This document shows, in pieces, positions 28,870-36,662 of a DNA stretch of 64,000 nucleotides. A program made the position numbers and the translations under genes. The stretch is from contig JAHBTS010000002.1 in the NCBI GenBank assembly GCA_019638515.1, positions 239,558 through 303,557 on the forward strand, written 5' to 3'. Source of the DNA: Chitinophagales bacterium (lineage in GTDB: Bacteria; Bacteroidota; Bacteroidia; Chitinophagales; LD1). The notes beneath the pieces were generated by a model. That model was not told where the DNA came from and ran no database searches. It saw only the letters and a list, made by a program, of their open reading frames with translations. How positions within the stretch are numbered: position 1 is the first letter of the stretch; the number at the start of each line of letters is the position of its first letter.

Positions 28870-28890
28870 AAGACGTGGGTTCAGCCCACG
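28870..28890 (-). terminator. possible terminator hairpin after the 28906..29334 lipoprotein gene
   Basis: Minus strand: CGTGGG-CTGAA-CCCACG then TCTTT, 16 nt after the stop. A second hairpin (TACAGG-7nt-CCTGTA, 28851-28869) follows. The T-tract is weak. Confidence 0.35.
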
Positions 28891-28905
28891 CACAGAAGGC
28901 TTAAT

Positions 28906-29334
28906 CTACTGAATAGGAATATCATCAAACTTTCCGGTTACAACATATATGGTTCCTGCAGCTGAAGCACTAAACGTTCCTGAAAGTTTGCTGCCGTCAT
29001 TTTTTGTAATTTTTAAAGTGCCTGAAGTAGCGTTCCAAAGCGTTCCATTTTTTACATAAGTAAAGCTAAACTCTGATGATATAATTGCGTATGTGCCTAC
29101 TTGAAGGTCGTTACTATTTATTTCTACAACTGTGCTGTTGTTTTTTCTTGCAATAATAGTGTGGAATGCATTGTTTGCATACGCGCTATCGGCTTTTGTA
29201 AGGGTTGCTGTATCGTTTTCTCCATAATAAAACCCTTGTACTACTCCCGGGCTGGTATCATTATCTTTTTTACAAGCAGAAAATAAAACGAGTGTTGTAA
29301 CAAAGGCTACGATTAAAAAGTTTATTCTTTTCAT
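28906..29334 (-). CDS. hypothetical lipoprotein
   Basis: 142 aa; MKRINFLIVAFVTTLVLFSAC lipobox; beta-rich composition; no recognised domain. Confidence 0.6.
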   Translation of the reverse strand: MKRINFLIVAFVTTLVLFSACKKDNDTSPGVVQGFYYGENDTATLTKADSAYANNAFHTIIARKNNSTVVEINSNDLQVGTYAIISSEFSFTYVKNGTLWNATSGTLKITKNDGSKLSGTFSASAAGTIYVVTGKFDDIPIQ

Positions 29335-29737
29335 AATATTTAAATTAAATGTATAGCGAAGATATGATTACTTTAATACTTAAAATACATTTAGTAAGGT
29401 TTCATTAAAAGTCTGAAAAACCGAATTATCTACTCGAATTCTTCTTCGGGTTTGGGAGCTACTTTAATTTTGGTATGCACCCGGTTGGGCTTAGGCTTCC
29501 CGTTTTTAGTACAATTCAAAAGTAGCATACTTTATTCTTTTTCTAAGAATCTGTTAAGCTCTTCGTTGTTATGTTTAGGAGTAATATTTATATAAACTTC
29601 CACTAACGTTTTGCAGCTATCCAAAGATGGCGTATTTAAAAGCAATTCGCTGTCAACCAAGCACAAACTTGAATAGAAGAATTTCCGCCCCCATTACGCC
29701 AAACTGCTGTTGGCGGAAGCCTTTCTTTTTATTCAAT

Positions 29738-29745
29738 TATATTTG
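29738..29745 (+). promoter_or_regulatory. candidate -7 promoter box for the 29804-31006 cassette
   Basis: TATATTTG matches TAnnTTTG, 59 nt upstream of the ATG at 29804. Confidence 0.3.
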
Positions 29746-29803
29746 CACTTCAGATTATTTAAGTAGGTTTATTGCCTGAAACCAATTTTATCATTTGTCG
29801 TAA

Positions 29804-30328
29804 ATGTCGTTGAGTAATAGAGTAATGTATCATACGCAGGAGCGAAGAACTATCCGACTGAAAGCTCCTGTTGTCTGTGAAAGAGAAGATGCTTGGCTTG
29901 GTGATGGCTATTACTTTTGGGATGACGTTGTTGATGCCGAGCAGTGGGGACATAATAGCAAGCGTGAAACAGGATATTTTGAAGTTTATAAAGCCGAAAT
30001 TTTGATTGATAATTTTTTAGATACTGTGTTCAATGAAGCGCATTATCGGTTTTGGATAAGTCAAGTCGAGAAAGCGGCTGAACAGATTAGAAGAAAAACA
30101 GGTCTAAAGCCAACCATAAAGGAGGTGAATGAGTATTTTAAGGAAAGGGCAATTTGGAGTGAAGTAGATGGTATTATCTTTCAAGATATTCCAGAAAAGG
30201 ATAATATTTTGAAGGTTAAAGCGTTTTATTACAGAAAGAGAATACAAGCCGCGGTTTACAATCTTGAAATTATTACTACATTTGCATTCCATTCTGAAAG
30301 CAGGTGTAAAACCAAAAAATGGTATTAA
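29804..30328 (+). CDS. uncharacterised protein, first gene of three-gene cassette (candidate effector/toxin)
   Basis: 174-aa ORF. Its stop TAA (30326-30328) lies 1 nt before the next ATG. Contains ..VMYHTQ..(22 aa)..WLGDGYYFWDDVVDAEQWG..YFEVYKAE.. No family assigned with confidence. Confidence 0.65.
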   Translation: MSLSNRVMYHTQERRTIRLKAPVVCEREDAWLGDGYYFWDDVVDAEQWGHNSKRETGYFEVYKAEILIDNFLDTVFNEAHYRFWISQVEKAAEQIRRKTGLKPTIKEVNEYFKERAIWSEVDGIIFQDIPEKDNILKVKAFYYRKRIQAAVYNLEIITTFAFHSESRCKTKKWY

Positions 30329-30329
30329 T

Positions 30330-30578
30330 ATGTTGAATTTGAGAGAATTAGAGCAAAAGTTGGACAGGGCGTTGTCTAATGAAACTGAAAAGTCTTTGAC
30401 GCAGTGGCTCTTAAATAAGAGGTTTAAAGGGCTTGACTTTTTAGGTGAAGGAGTTTTTGAAGAACTAACCCCAAGTCACTCAACAATCAAACCTTATAGC
30501 TGTGAACCTAAGAACGAGTTTGAACATTCTGAAGAATATTCAGTAGTTGGAGAATATCAATATGCTATGGCTGCATAA
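30330..30578 (+). CDS. small acidic protein, second gene of cassette (candidate antitoxin/adaptor)
   Basis: The internal ATG of ORF 30264..30578 gives 82 aa: MLNLRELEQKLDRALSNETEKSLTQWLLNKR...EHSEEYSVVGEYQYAMAA. Its stop overlaps the next start (TAATG). The longer ORF-track start at 30264 would overlap gene 1 by 65 nt. Confidence 0.6.
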   Translation: MLNLRELEQKLDRALSNETEKSLTQWLLNKRFKGLDFLGEGVFEELTPSHSTIKPYSCEPKNEFEHSEEYSVVGEYQYAMAA

Positions 30579-31006
30579 TGGAAGTAAAAGAACAAATAAA
30601 ACTTACCTTTCACGGAGTTGACATTTTTAGCGTTCAGTTCGCTTCTGAAAGTCCCTTAGATAGAAACAAGAACATAGACTTAAACATTGTTCCAAAAGTA
30701 TTCTATCCGAGTGATTCTCCTTCGGAGTTCAAAATTATTTTTGAAACTATAGTTAAGGCGGATGGATTCTTCAATTTGTCATTGCAGGCTGTTGGGCACT
30801 TTTCTCTTGAAAAGGACGTTGACGAAAAAGTCAAAAAAAGTTTCGTTAATGCTAATGCACCAGCAATTATGTTCCCTTATGTTCGCTCGTTCATTACAAC
30901 CCTTACAAGTAATTTAGGGACTGCAACTGGTCCAATTGTCCTACCACCGCATTTCTTTACAGGTCAGTTAGAAGAGGTTGTTACTGAGGACAACTCAGCC
31001 AAGTAA
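30578..31006 (+). CDS. SecB-like chaperone, third gene of cassette
   Basis: 142 aa. By-eye alignment to E. coli SecB: LTFHGVDIFSVQFASESP vs FQIQRIYTKDISFEAPNAP, and APAIMFPYVRSFITTLTSNLGTATGPIVLPPHFF vs [32 protein letters not shown]. Acidic C-terminal tail. Confidence 0.75.
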   Translation: MEVKEQIKLTFHGVDIFSVQFASESPLDRNKNIDLNIVPKVFYPSDSPSEFKIIFETIVKADGFFNLSLQAVGHFSLEKDVDEKVKKSFVNANAPAIMFPYVRSFITTLTSNLGTATGPIVLPPHFFTGQLEEVVTEDNSAK

Positions 31007-31052
31007 TGGCATTGCTCTGAATTAAGGTTTCCGCTAACTCCAAATATACAAA

Positions 31053-32597
31053 CTAAGGCTTGGGATAAGTGGACTTCTTACGTCTTTTATTCACCTTCCG
31101 TTCCCAATGGTTTTTACCGTTTAGTACCGTAAGGCCGCGACCAAACTCTTCGGTGGTTTGATACGAAAGAATGGGTGAATACCAAAATTCTGCCACACAG
31201 CGCTCAGGCGTAACATCCAGAGTGCCATAACCATGTTTGGTAAATTGACAAAAACGATGGTGCGGATTCAAGTTGCGGCTAATACTTTGAAACATGGGAA
31301 TAAACTCCATTGGAATACCGTGTTCATTCATATTGCCGCGCGAAATACTGGTAGGCAAAAACTCTACGCCCACAGCTCCCTCGCCTGTTTTTCTTTTATA
31401 GAGTTTTCTGTTTTTAGGATATGGCGTTAAATCTATCGCAAAACTCATGTGTGCATCGCCCGTAAGCACCACCACATTCTTAACTTTGTTTTCTGAAAGG
31501 AAAGCAAAAAGGCGCTCTCTGTCTTGTGGCAATCCATCCCAATTACTCGGGTCGAATACTTTGCCATTGCCCGGCACATTTAAAAATTTGGGCAAGCCTT
31601 CGCTCATCCAGCTACCCATCATTTCTTGATTTCCAATAAGGTTCCAAATTGAACTTGAAGCTACCAATTCATGCTTCAACCAAGCATCTTGATGTAATCC
31701 CAACACACTTTTTTGCCCGGGAGCATAGCTTTCTTTTCCTCTAAAAAGGTGCATGTCTATCATATTCAACTGAGCCAAACTGCCAAACCTAAACGAGCGA
31801 TAAAGCCTTTCGGGGTGGGTAGTATCGGGCATACGAATGGGCAAGTATTCATAAAATGCCTGCATGGCATCTTGTGTGGTTCCCGGTTTTTCGCAATCGG
31901 TATCGTGGTTATCCCAAATTACTATCCAAGTTTTTTGCTGCTTAGCGGCACGCAAATCGGGATCGAGCAAATAGTAACGGTGTCGCTCGCGCCATTCACT
32001 TAAACTTGAAACATCTTTAGGTAAAGGAATCGGCATGCGCACCAATTCATCTTTATCGGCATAATCATACGCATAGTCTCCAAGGTGAATTACAAAATCT
32101 ATATCGGGGCGCTCAGCAATTCTTCTATATGCATTAAAATAACCACTCCAAATACTGGCGCACGATGCTATAGCAAATTTAAGGTGCTGCACTTGCTCGT
32201 TGGGCAATGTTTGTGCAATACCCACCGCAGAATATTTACCATTATACTCAAACCTGTAAAAATATCGGGTAGCAGGTTGCAATAAATCGGCATCTACCTT
32301 TACTGTAAAATCATGGTTGGCAACTGCCCATGCAGTGCCACTGTTTACCACATCGGTAAAGGCAGCGTCTTTAGCTATTTGCCAATGTATATTGTAAGTT
32401 GGCTGTGCAGTATCGCTAGGCGAAAAACGCGTCCATAAAATAACCCTGTCCAATAGCGGGTCGCCCGATGCCACACCATGTACAAATGGTTCATGTTTAC
32501 TATCGGCATAAATATTATCGGGAAGAAATTTATACTGTGCCTCTACAAAAAACACTATCAATAAACACACAAAAAGAATTGAAAAACGAACCTTCAT
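31053..32597 (-). CDS. phoD: PhoD-family alkaline phosphatase
   Basis: 514 aa with a signal peptide; VASGDPLLDRVILWTR, HLGDYAYDYA, IWDNHD, VVLTGDAHMS motifs. Confidence 0.88.
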   Translation of the reverse strand: MKVRFSILFVCLLIVFFVEAQYKFLPDNIYADSKHEPFVHGVASGDPLLDRVILWTRFSPSDTAQPTYNIHWQIAKDAAFTDVVNSGTAWAVANHDFTVKVDADLLQPATRYFYRFEYNGKYSAVGIAQTLPNEQVQHLKFAIASCASIWSGYFNAYRRIAERPDIDFVIHLGDYAYDYADKDELVRMPIPLPKDVSSLSEWRERHRYYLLDPDLRAAKQQKTWIVIWDNHDTDCEKPGTTQDAMQAFYEYLPIRMPDTTHPERLYRSFRFGSLAQLNMIDMHLFRGKESYAPGQKSVLGLHQDAWLKHELVASSSIWNLIGNQEMMGSWMSEGLPKFLNVPGNGKVFDPSNWDGLPQDRERLFAFLSENKVKNVVVLTGDAHMSFAIDLTPYPKNRKLYKRKTGEGAVGVEFLPTSISRGNMNEHGIPMEFIPMFQSISRNLNPHHRFCQFTKHGYGTLDVTPERCVAEFWYSPILSYQTTEEFGRGLTVLNGKNHWERKVNKRRKKSTYPKP

Positions 32598-32603
32598 ATC
32601 GGT

Positions 32604-32948
32604 TTACTTAGCTTTGCAGCAAGCATCAAGTTTAGCATAACCATCGGGTGAAGCCTTCACAGAATCGGCATCGAAACCCGCAGCCGCAATGGCATTGCGA
32701 ATTGCTGCCGGATTGGTTTTCTCTGTTTTATAGGTAACCATTATAGTGTGGTTAGAAGGATCAATTCTTACCTTGCTCACACCGGAAACTATTTCCTTTA
32801 TAGTGTTATTTATATTCATACCGCAACTCTCGCACCGCAAGCAGTGATTGCAATGAATGGTAGTTTTTATGGTAATGGTTTCCTTTGGCAATGCAGCACC
32901 TGCACTCAATGAAATACTTAGAATTACAACGGCAATGATACGCTTCAT
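32604..32948 (-). CDS. heavy-metal-associated (HMA)-like secreted protein with extra Cys motifs
   Basis: 114 aa with a signal peptide. IHCNHCLRCESCGMNINN.. then a ferredoxin-like fold and C-terminal ..KLDACCKAK. Resembles a Bacteroidota-specific HMA-like family (from memory). Confidence 0.65.
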   Translation of the reverse strand: MKRIIAVVILSISLSAGAALPKETITIKTTIHCNHCLRCESCGMNINNTIKEIVSGVSKVRIDPSNHTIMVTYKTEKTNPAAIRNAIAAAGFDADSVKASPDGYAKLDACCKAK

Positions 32949-33070
32949 GATACAGTAGTTATTACTTCAACAATAGTAATACACTTTAGGAGCTATAAAG
33001 AATTTTGTTTCAAAGAAAATACAACTAATACATTAGGCTCGCAACACCGGAATTTGTGTAGGTTTGCTAC

Positions 33071-34438
33071 ATGGCGAAACAACGAACTGTTTATGTATGC
33101 CAAAACTGCGGTGCCAATGCTGCCAAGTGGGTAGGCAAATGTCCGGTATGCAGCGAATGGAATACTTACGTAGAAGAACATACCAGCAAAGAAGAAGATA
33201 GAGCAAAAGAAAAATCGTATGCTGCAAAAAGCGGAACAGCCATACCTATACCCATAGGCAATGTAGCTGAGCAAGATATGGCCCGCATAAACACGGGCGA
33301 TACCGAACTAAACAATGTGCTGGGCGGAGGCATTGTGGCAGGTTCGCTCATATTGCTTGGTGGCGACCCCGGCATAGGTAAATCTACGCTCCTGCTGCAA
33401 ATGGCACTGCAATTAAAAGGTATAAAAATACTGTATATAAGCGGAGAAGAAAGCGACAGGCAAATTCGTTTGCGGGCATCGCGCATTGGTATTTTAAACA
33501 ACGATTGCTATTTGCTTACCGAAACTAACACACAAGCCATTTTTAAACAAGCCGAAGCACTGCAACCCGATTTAATGATAATTGATTCCATACAAACGCT
33601 GCATACGGTGTATGTGGAATCGCCCCCGGGCAGCGTAAGCCAACTGCGCGAATGCACAGCCGAAATACAGCGCTATGCCAAAGAAAGCGGCCTACCCGTA
33701 TTTTTAATCGGGCATATTACCAAAGACGGCTCTATTGCCGGCCCTAAAGTTTTAGAACACATTGTGGATGTGGTATTACAATTTGAAGGCGACCGCAACC
33801 ATACATACCGCATGTTGCGCACCATTAAAAACCGCTTTGGATCTACATCGGAACTTGGAATTTACGAAATGCAAGGAAACGGCTTGCGTGCCGTAACCAA
33901 CCCCAGCGAAATACTACTTACACAAAGAGATGAAGTATTGAGCGGTATTGCCGTAGCTTCTATGATGGAGGGCGCACGCCCGCTGCTTATTGAAACGCAG
34001 GCATTGGTAACACCCGCTTTTTATGGCACACCACAGCGCAGCTCTACCGGATTTGACGGCAGGAGAATGAACATGTTATTGGCGGTATTAGAAAAGCGCT
34101 CGGGGTTTAAATTCGGCACTAAAGATGTGTTTTTAAATATTGCCGGAGGATTGCGTGTAGAAGATCCATCTATTGATTTAGCCGTAATTGCAGCTTTGCT
34201 TTCCTCGTATCAAGACAAACCTGTTTCTTCTAAAATTGCATTTGCTGCCGAAGTAGGTTTAAGTGGCGAAGTGCGGGCGGTAAGCAGAATTGAACAACGT
34301 ATTGCCGAAGCCGATAAACTTGGGTTCAGCACTATGTTTATTTCTAAATTCAATACAAAAGGTATTGATGAATCTAAGTTTCAATTAGAACTGATTGCCA
34401 TTAGTAAAGTACAGCAACTGGTAGATGCTCTATTTTAA
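33071..34438 (+). CDS. radA: DNA repair protein RadA/Sms
   Basis: Zinc finger CQNCGANAAKWVGKCPVCSEWNT, Walker A GGDPGIGKSTLLLQ, KNRFG motif, Lon-like C-terminal domain. Confidence 0.96.
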   Translation: MAKQRTVYVCQNCGANAAKWVGKCPVCSEWNTYVEEHTSKEEDRAKEKSYAAKSGTAIPIPIGNVAEQDMARINTGDTELNNVLGGGIVAGSLILLGGDPGIGKSTLLLQMALQLKGIKILYISGEESDRQIRLRASRIGILNNDCYLLTETNTQAIFKQAEALQPDLMIIDSIQTLHTVYVESPPGSVSQLRECTAEIQRYAKESGLPVFLIGHITKDGSIAGPKVLEHIVDVVLQFEGDRNHTYRMLRTIKNRFGSTSELGIYEMQGNGLRAVTNPSEILLTQRDEVLSGIAVASMMEGARPLLIETQALVTPAFYGTPQRSSTGFDGRRMNMLLAVLEKRSGFKFGTKDVFLNIAGGLRVEDPSIDLAVIAALLSSYQDKPVSSKIAFAAEVGLSGEVRAVSRIEQRIAEADKLGFSTMFISKFNTKGIDESKFQLELIAISKVQQLVDALF

Positions 34439-35740
34439 TTGCGTATTGATTACCATACCCGCTCCAACCGTAATATTGGTGGCTTCATCAATTAAGATAA
34501 AACTGCCTGTTTCGCGGTTCTGCATGTATGTATCTACCAATAATGGAGCAGTAGTTCGCAGCAATACTTTGCCCACATCGTTCATACCGATAGTAGTATT
34601 TTCTGTAATGCGCGACAGTGAATTTATATCTAAGCGATACTTTATTTCTTTAATTACACAACGCACATCTCTAGTAGTGTGTTTAAGAGCATACCTACCG
34701 TTGGGCTGCATTGGTTTATCGCCCAACCAACAAATCATAGCTTCTATATCTTGCGTTTGCGTAGGGCGGTTTCCGCTGCGTGCAATCATATCGCCTCGCG
34801 AAACGTCTATATCGTCTTCCAGCAACATAGAAATACTCATGCCTGCCGATGCTTCTTTTAATTCTTTGCCGCCTAATTCAATTTTTTTAATGTGCGAAGT
34901 AAAACCCGAAGGCAATACCACTACTTCATCGCCTGGGCGAAAAACACCACTATTTACTCTGCCCGCACATGCACGATAATCGTGAAAGGCATCGCTATAA
35001 GGTCTAACAATATATTGCACCGGAAAGCGGGCATCTATACGGTTGGTATCGCTATCAATATGTATGTTTTCCAACAAATACATTAAGGTAACGCCTTCGT
35101 ACCACGGCATATTGAAAGAGCGCGTTACTACATTATCACCATTTAATGCCGAAATAGGAATAAAATGAAAATCTTTGATACTTAAACGCGTAGCAAAGTC
35201 TTTGTAATCTTTTGCTATACGCTCAAATACTTCACTGCTATAATCTACCAAATCCATTTTATTGATGCAAACCGCCACATGCGGAATACCCAACAATGAA
35301 GCAATTAAAGAATGGCGTTTGGTTTGCTCCACCACGCCTTGGCGGGCATCAATTAAAATAAGTGCTAAGTTGGCAGTAGAAGCTCCGGTTATCATATTGC
35401 GCGTGTACTGAATATGTCCTGGCGTATCGGCAATAATGAACTTGCGCTTTGGAGTGGAAAAGTAGCGATATGCCACATCAATTGTAATACCTTGTTCGCG
35501 CTCTGCACGCAAACCATCTGTGAGCAACGAAAGATTTATTCCGGCCTCGCCTCTGCGTTTGCTGGTAGCTTCAATATTTTCGAGTTGATCTTCGTAAATA
35601 GATTTGCTATCGTAAAGCAAACGCCCAATGAGCGTACTTTTACCATCATCTACACTTCCGGCTGTTGTGAACCTAAGTAATGTGGTAGGGCTTTCATCGG
35701 TGTTGCGGCTCTCGTGCTTGCTATTGGTGGCAGTACTCAT
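34430..35740 (-). CDS. cysN: sulfate adenylyltransferase subunit 1 (GTPase)
   Basis: GSVDDGKSTLIGRLL, DTPGH, NKMD motifs. Start MSTATNSKHE (ATG 35740), 16 nt after the cysD stop, is preferred over 35869, which would overlap cysD. Confidence 0.92.
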   Translation of the reverse strand: MSTATNSKHESRNTDESPTTLLRFTTAGSVDDGKSTLIGRLLYDSKSIYEDQLENIEATSKRRGEAGINLSLLTDGLRAEREQGITIDVAYRYFSTPKRKFIIADTPGHIQYTRNMITGASTANLALILIDARQGVVEQTKRHSLIASLLGIPHVAVCINKMDLVDYSSEVFERIAKDYKDFATRLSIKDFHFIPISALNGDNVVTRSFNMPWYEGVTLMYLLENIHIDSDTNRIDARFPVQYIVRPYSDAFHDYRACAGRVNSGVFRPGDEVVVLPSGFTSHIKKIELGGKELKEASAGMSISMLLEDDIDVSRGDMIARSGNRPTQTQDIEAMICWLGDKPMQPNGRYALKHTTRDVRCVIKEIKYRLDINSLSRITENTTIGMNDVGKVLLRTTAPLLVDTYMQNRETGSFILIDEATNITVGAGMVINTQLK

Positions 35741-35756
35741 AATATCTACAGTTTTA

Positions 35757-36659
35757 CTAAAAGTAACCTTCTTTTTTTCGGTCTTCCATGCTGGTTTCGC
35801 TGCGCTTATCGTCTGCTCTGCCGCCACGCTCTGTGGTTCTGGCAAGTGCAATTTCGCGTACAATTTCATCTACCGATTGAGCGGCAGAAAAGGTAGCACC
35901 GGTAGAGGTAATATCGCCAATGGTTCTAAAGCGTACGGTTCTTTCTTCTGATACTTCGGTTGGTTTCATTGGTATTATACCCGCATCTGCCAACCACATG
36001 CCATCGCGCTCAAATACTTTCCGCTTGTGCGAAAAATAGAGCGAAGGCAGCGCTATATTTTCTTTAGCTAAATACATCCATACGTCTAACTCTGTCCAAT
36101 TTGAAATTGGGAAAACACGAAAATGCTCGCCTATATTTTTTCTACCATTGAACAAATTCCAAAGCTCGGGGCGCTGGTGCTTAGGATTCCACTGCCCAAA
36201 TTCATCGCGGTGCGAGAAGAAGCGCTCTTTTGCTCTTGCCTTTTCTTCATCGCGCCTAGCGCCTCCAATACAGGCATCAAATTTATGGGCTTCGATAGTA
36301 TCTAACAATGTAGTGGTTTGCAATTTTATGCGCGAAGCATAATAGCCTGTTTCTTCTGCTACTCGTCCGGTATCTATGCTTTCTTGCACCGATCCTACAA
36401 TTAGCTTTACTTCTAAATTCTTCACCAATTCATCTCTAAAAGCAATTGTTTCGGCAAAATTGTGTCCGGTATCTATGTGTACCAACGGAAAAGGAATGGG
36501 TGCAGGGTAAAATGCTTTTCTCGCCAAATGTGTAACTAAAATTGAATCTTTTCCACCACTAAAAAGAATAGCAGGATTTTGGAACTGCGCTGCCACTTCG
36601 CGCAACACATAAATAGATTCGGCTTCTAAAGTATCTAAGTAAGCTAAAGCGTAAGACAT
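35757..36659 (-). CDS. cysD: sulfate adenylyltransferase subunit 2
   Basis: 300 aa; ILFSGGKDS PP-loop; conserved ..RFRTIGDITSTGA.. and C-terminal MEDRKKEGYF. Confidence 0.94.
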   Translation of the reverse strand: MSYALAYLDTLEAESIYVLREVAAQFQNPAILFSGGKDSILVTHLARKAFYPAPIPFPLVHIDTGHNFAETIAFRDELVKNLEVKLIVGSVQESIDTGRVAEETGYYASRIKLQTTTLLDTIEAHKFDACIGGARRDEEKARAKERFFSHRDEFGQWNPKHQRPELWNLFNGRKNIGEHFRVFPISNWTELDVWMYLAKENIALPSLYFSHKRKVFERDGMWLADAGIIPMKPTEVSEERTVRFRTIGDITSTGATFSAAQSVDEIVREIALARTTERGGRADDKRSETSMEDRKKEGYF

Positions 36660-36662
36660 AGT

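Noticed and set aside
28851-28890. Two adjacent stem-loops (7-nt loop, then GGGTTCAGCCC) that look superficially like a tRNA anticodon arm plus T-arm, possibly a tRNA fragment or att site
   Set aside because: The T-loop would be 5 nt (or non-canonical GTTCAGC). The anticodon loop lacks the purine at position 37. No D-arm or acceptor pairing could be built. It is better explained as terminator hairpins between convergent genes.
30264-30329. The longer ORF-track start (MKLLLHLHSILKAG...) for cassette gene 2
   Set aside because: It would overlap gene 1 by 65 nt in a different frame. The ATG at 30330, 1 nt after the gene 1 stop, gives classic coupling geometry, but the choice is unverified.
29340-31006. 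Compositional (GC) deviation of the cassette as evidence of horizontal transfer
   Set aside because: Hand counts of 60-nt samples gave ~42-45% GC, similar to the flanking housekeeping genes. No claim can be made without a proper sliding-window computation.
32993-33274. 93-aa and 64-aa minus-strand ORFs overlapping the radA start
   Set aside because: They overlap the strongly supported radA zinc-finger region in antisense. Their products are hydrophobic low complexity with no partner signals.
34425-34979. 184-aa plus-strand ORF following radA
   Set aside because: It is antisense to the C-terminal domain of cysN, with no motif. radA already ends at 34438 with a canonical Lon-like C-terminus.
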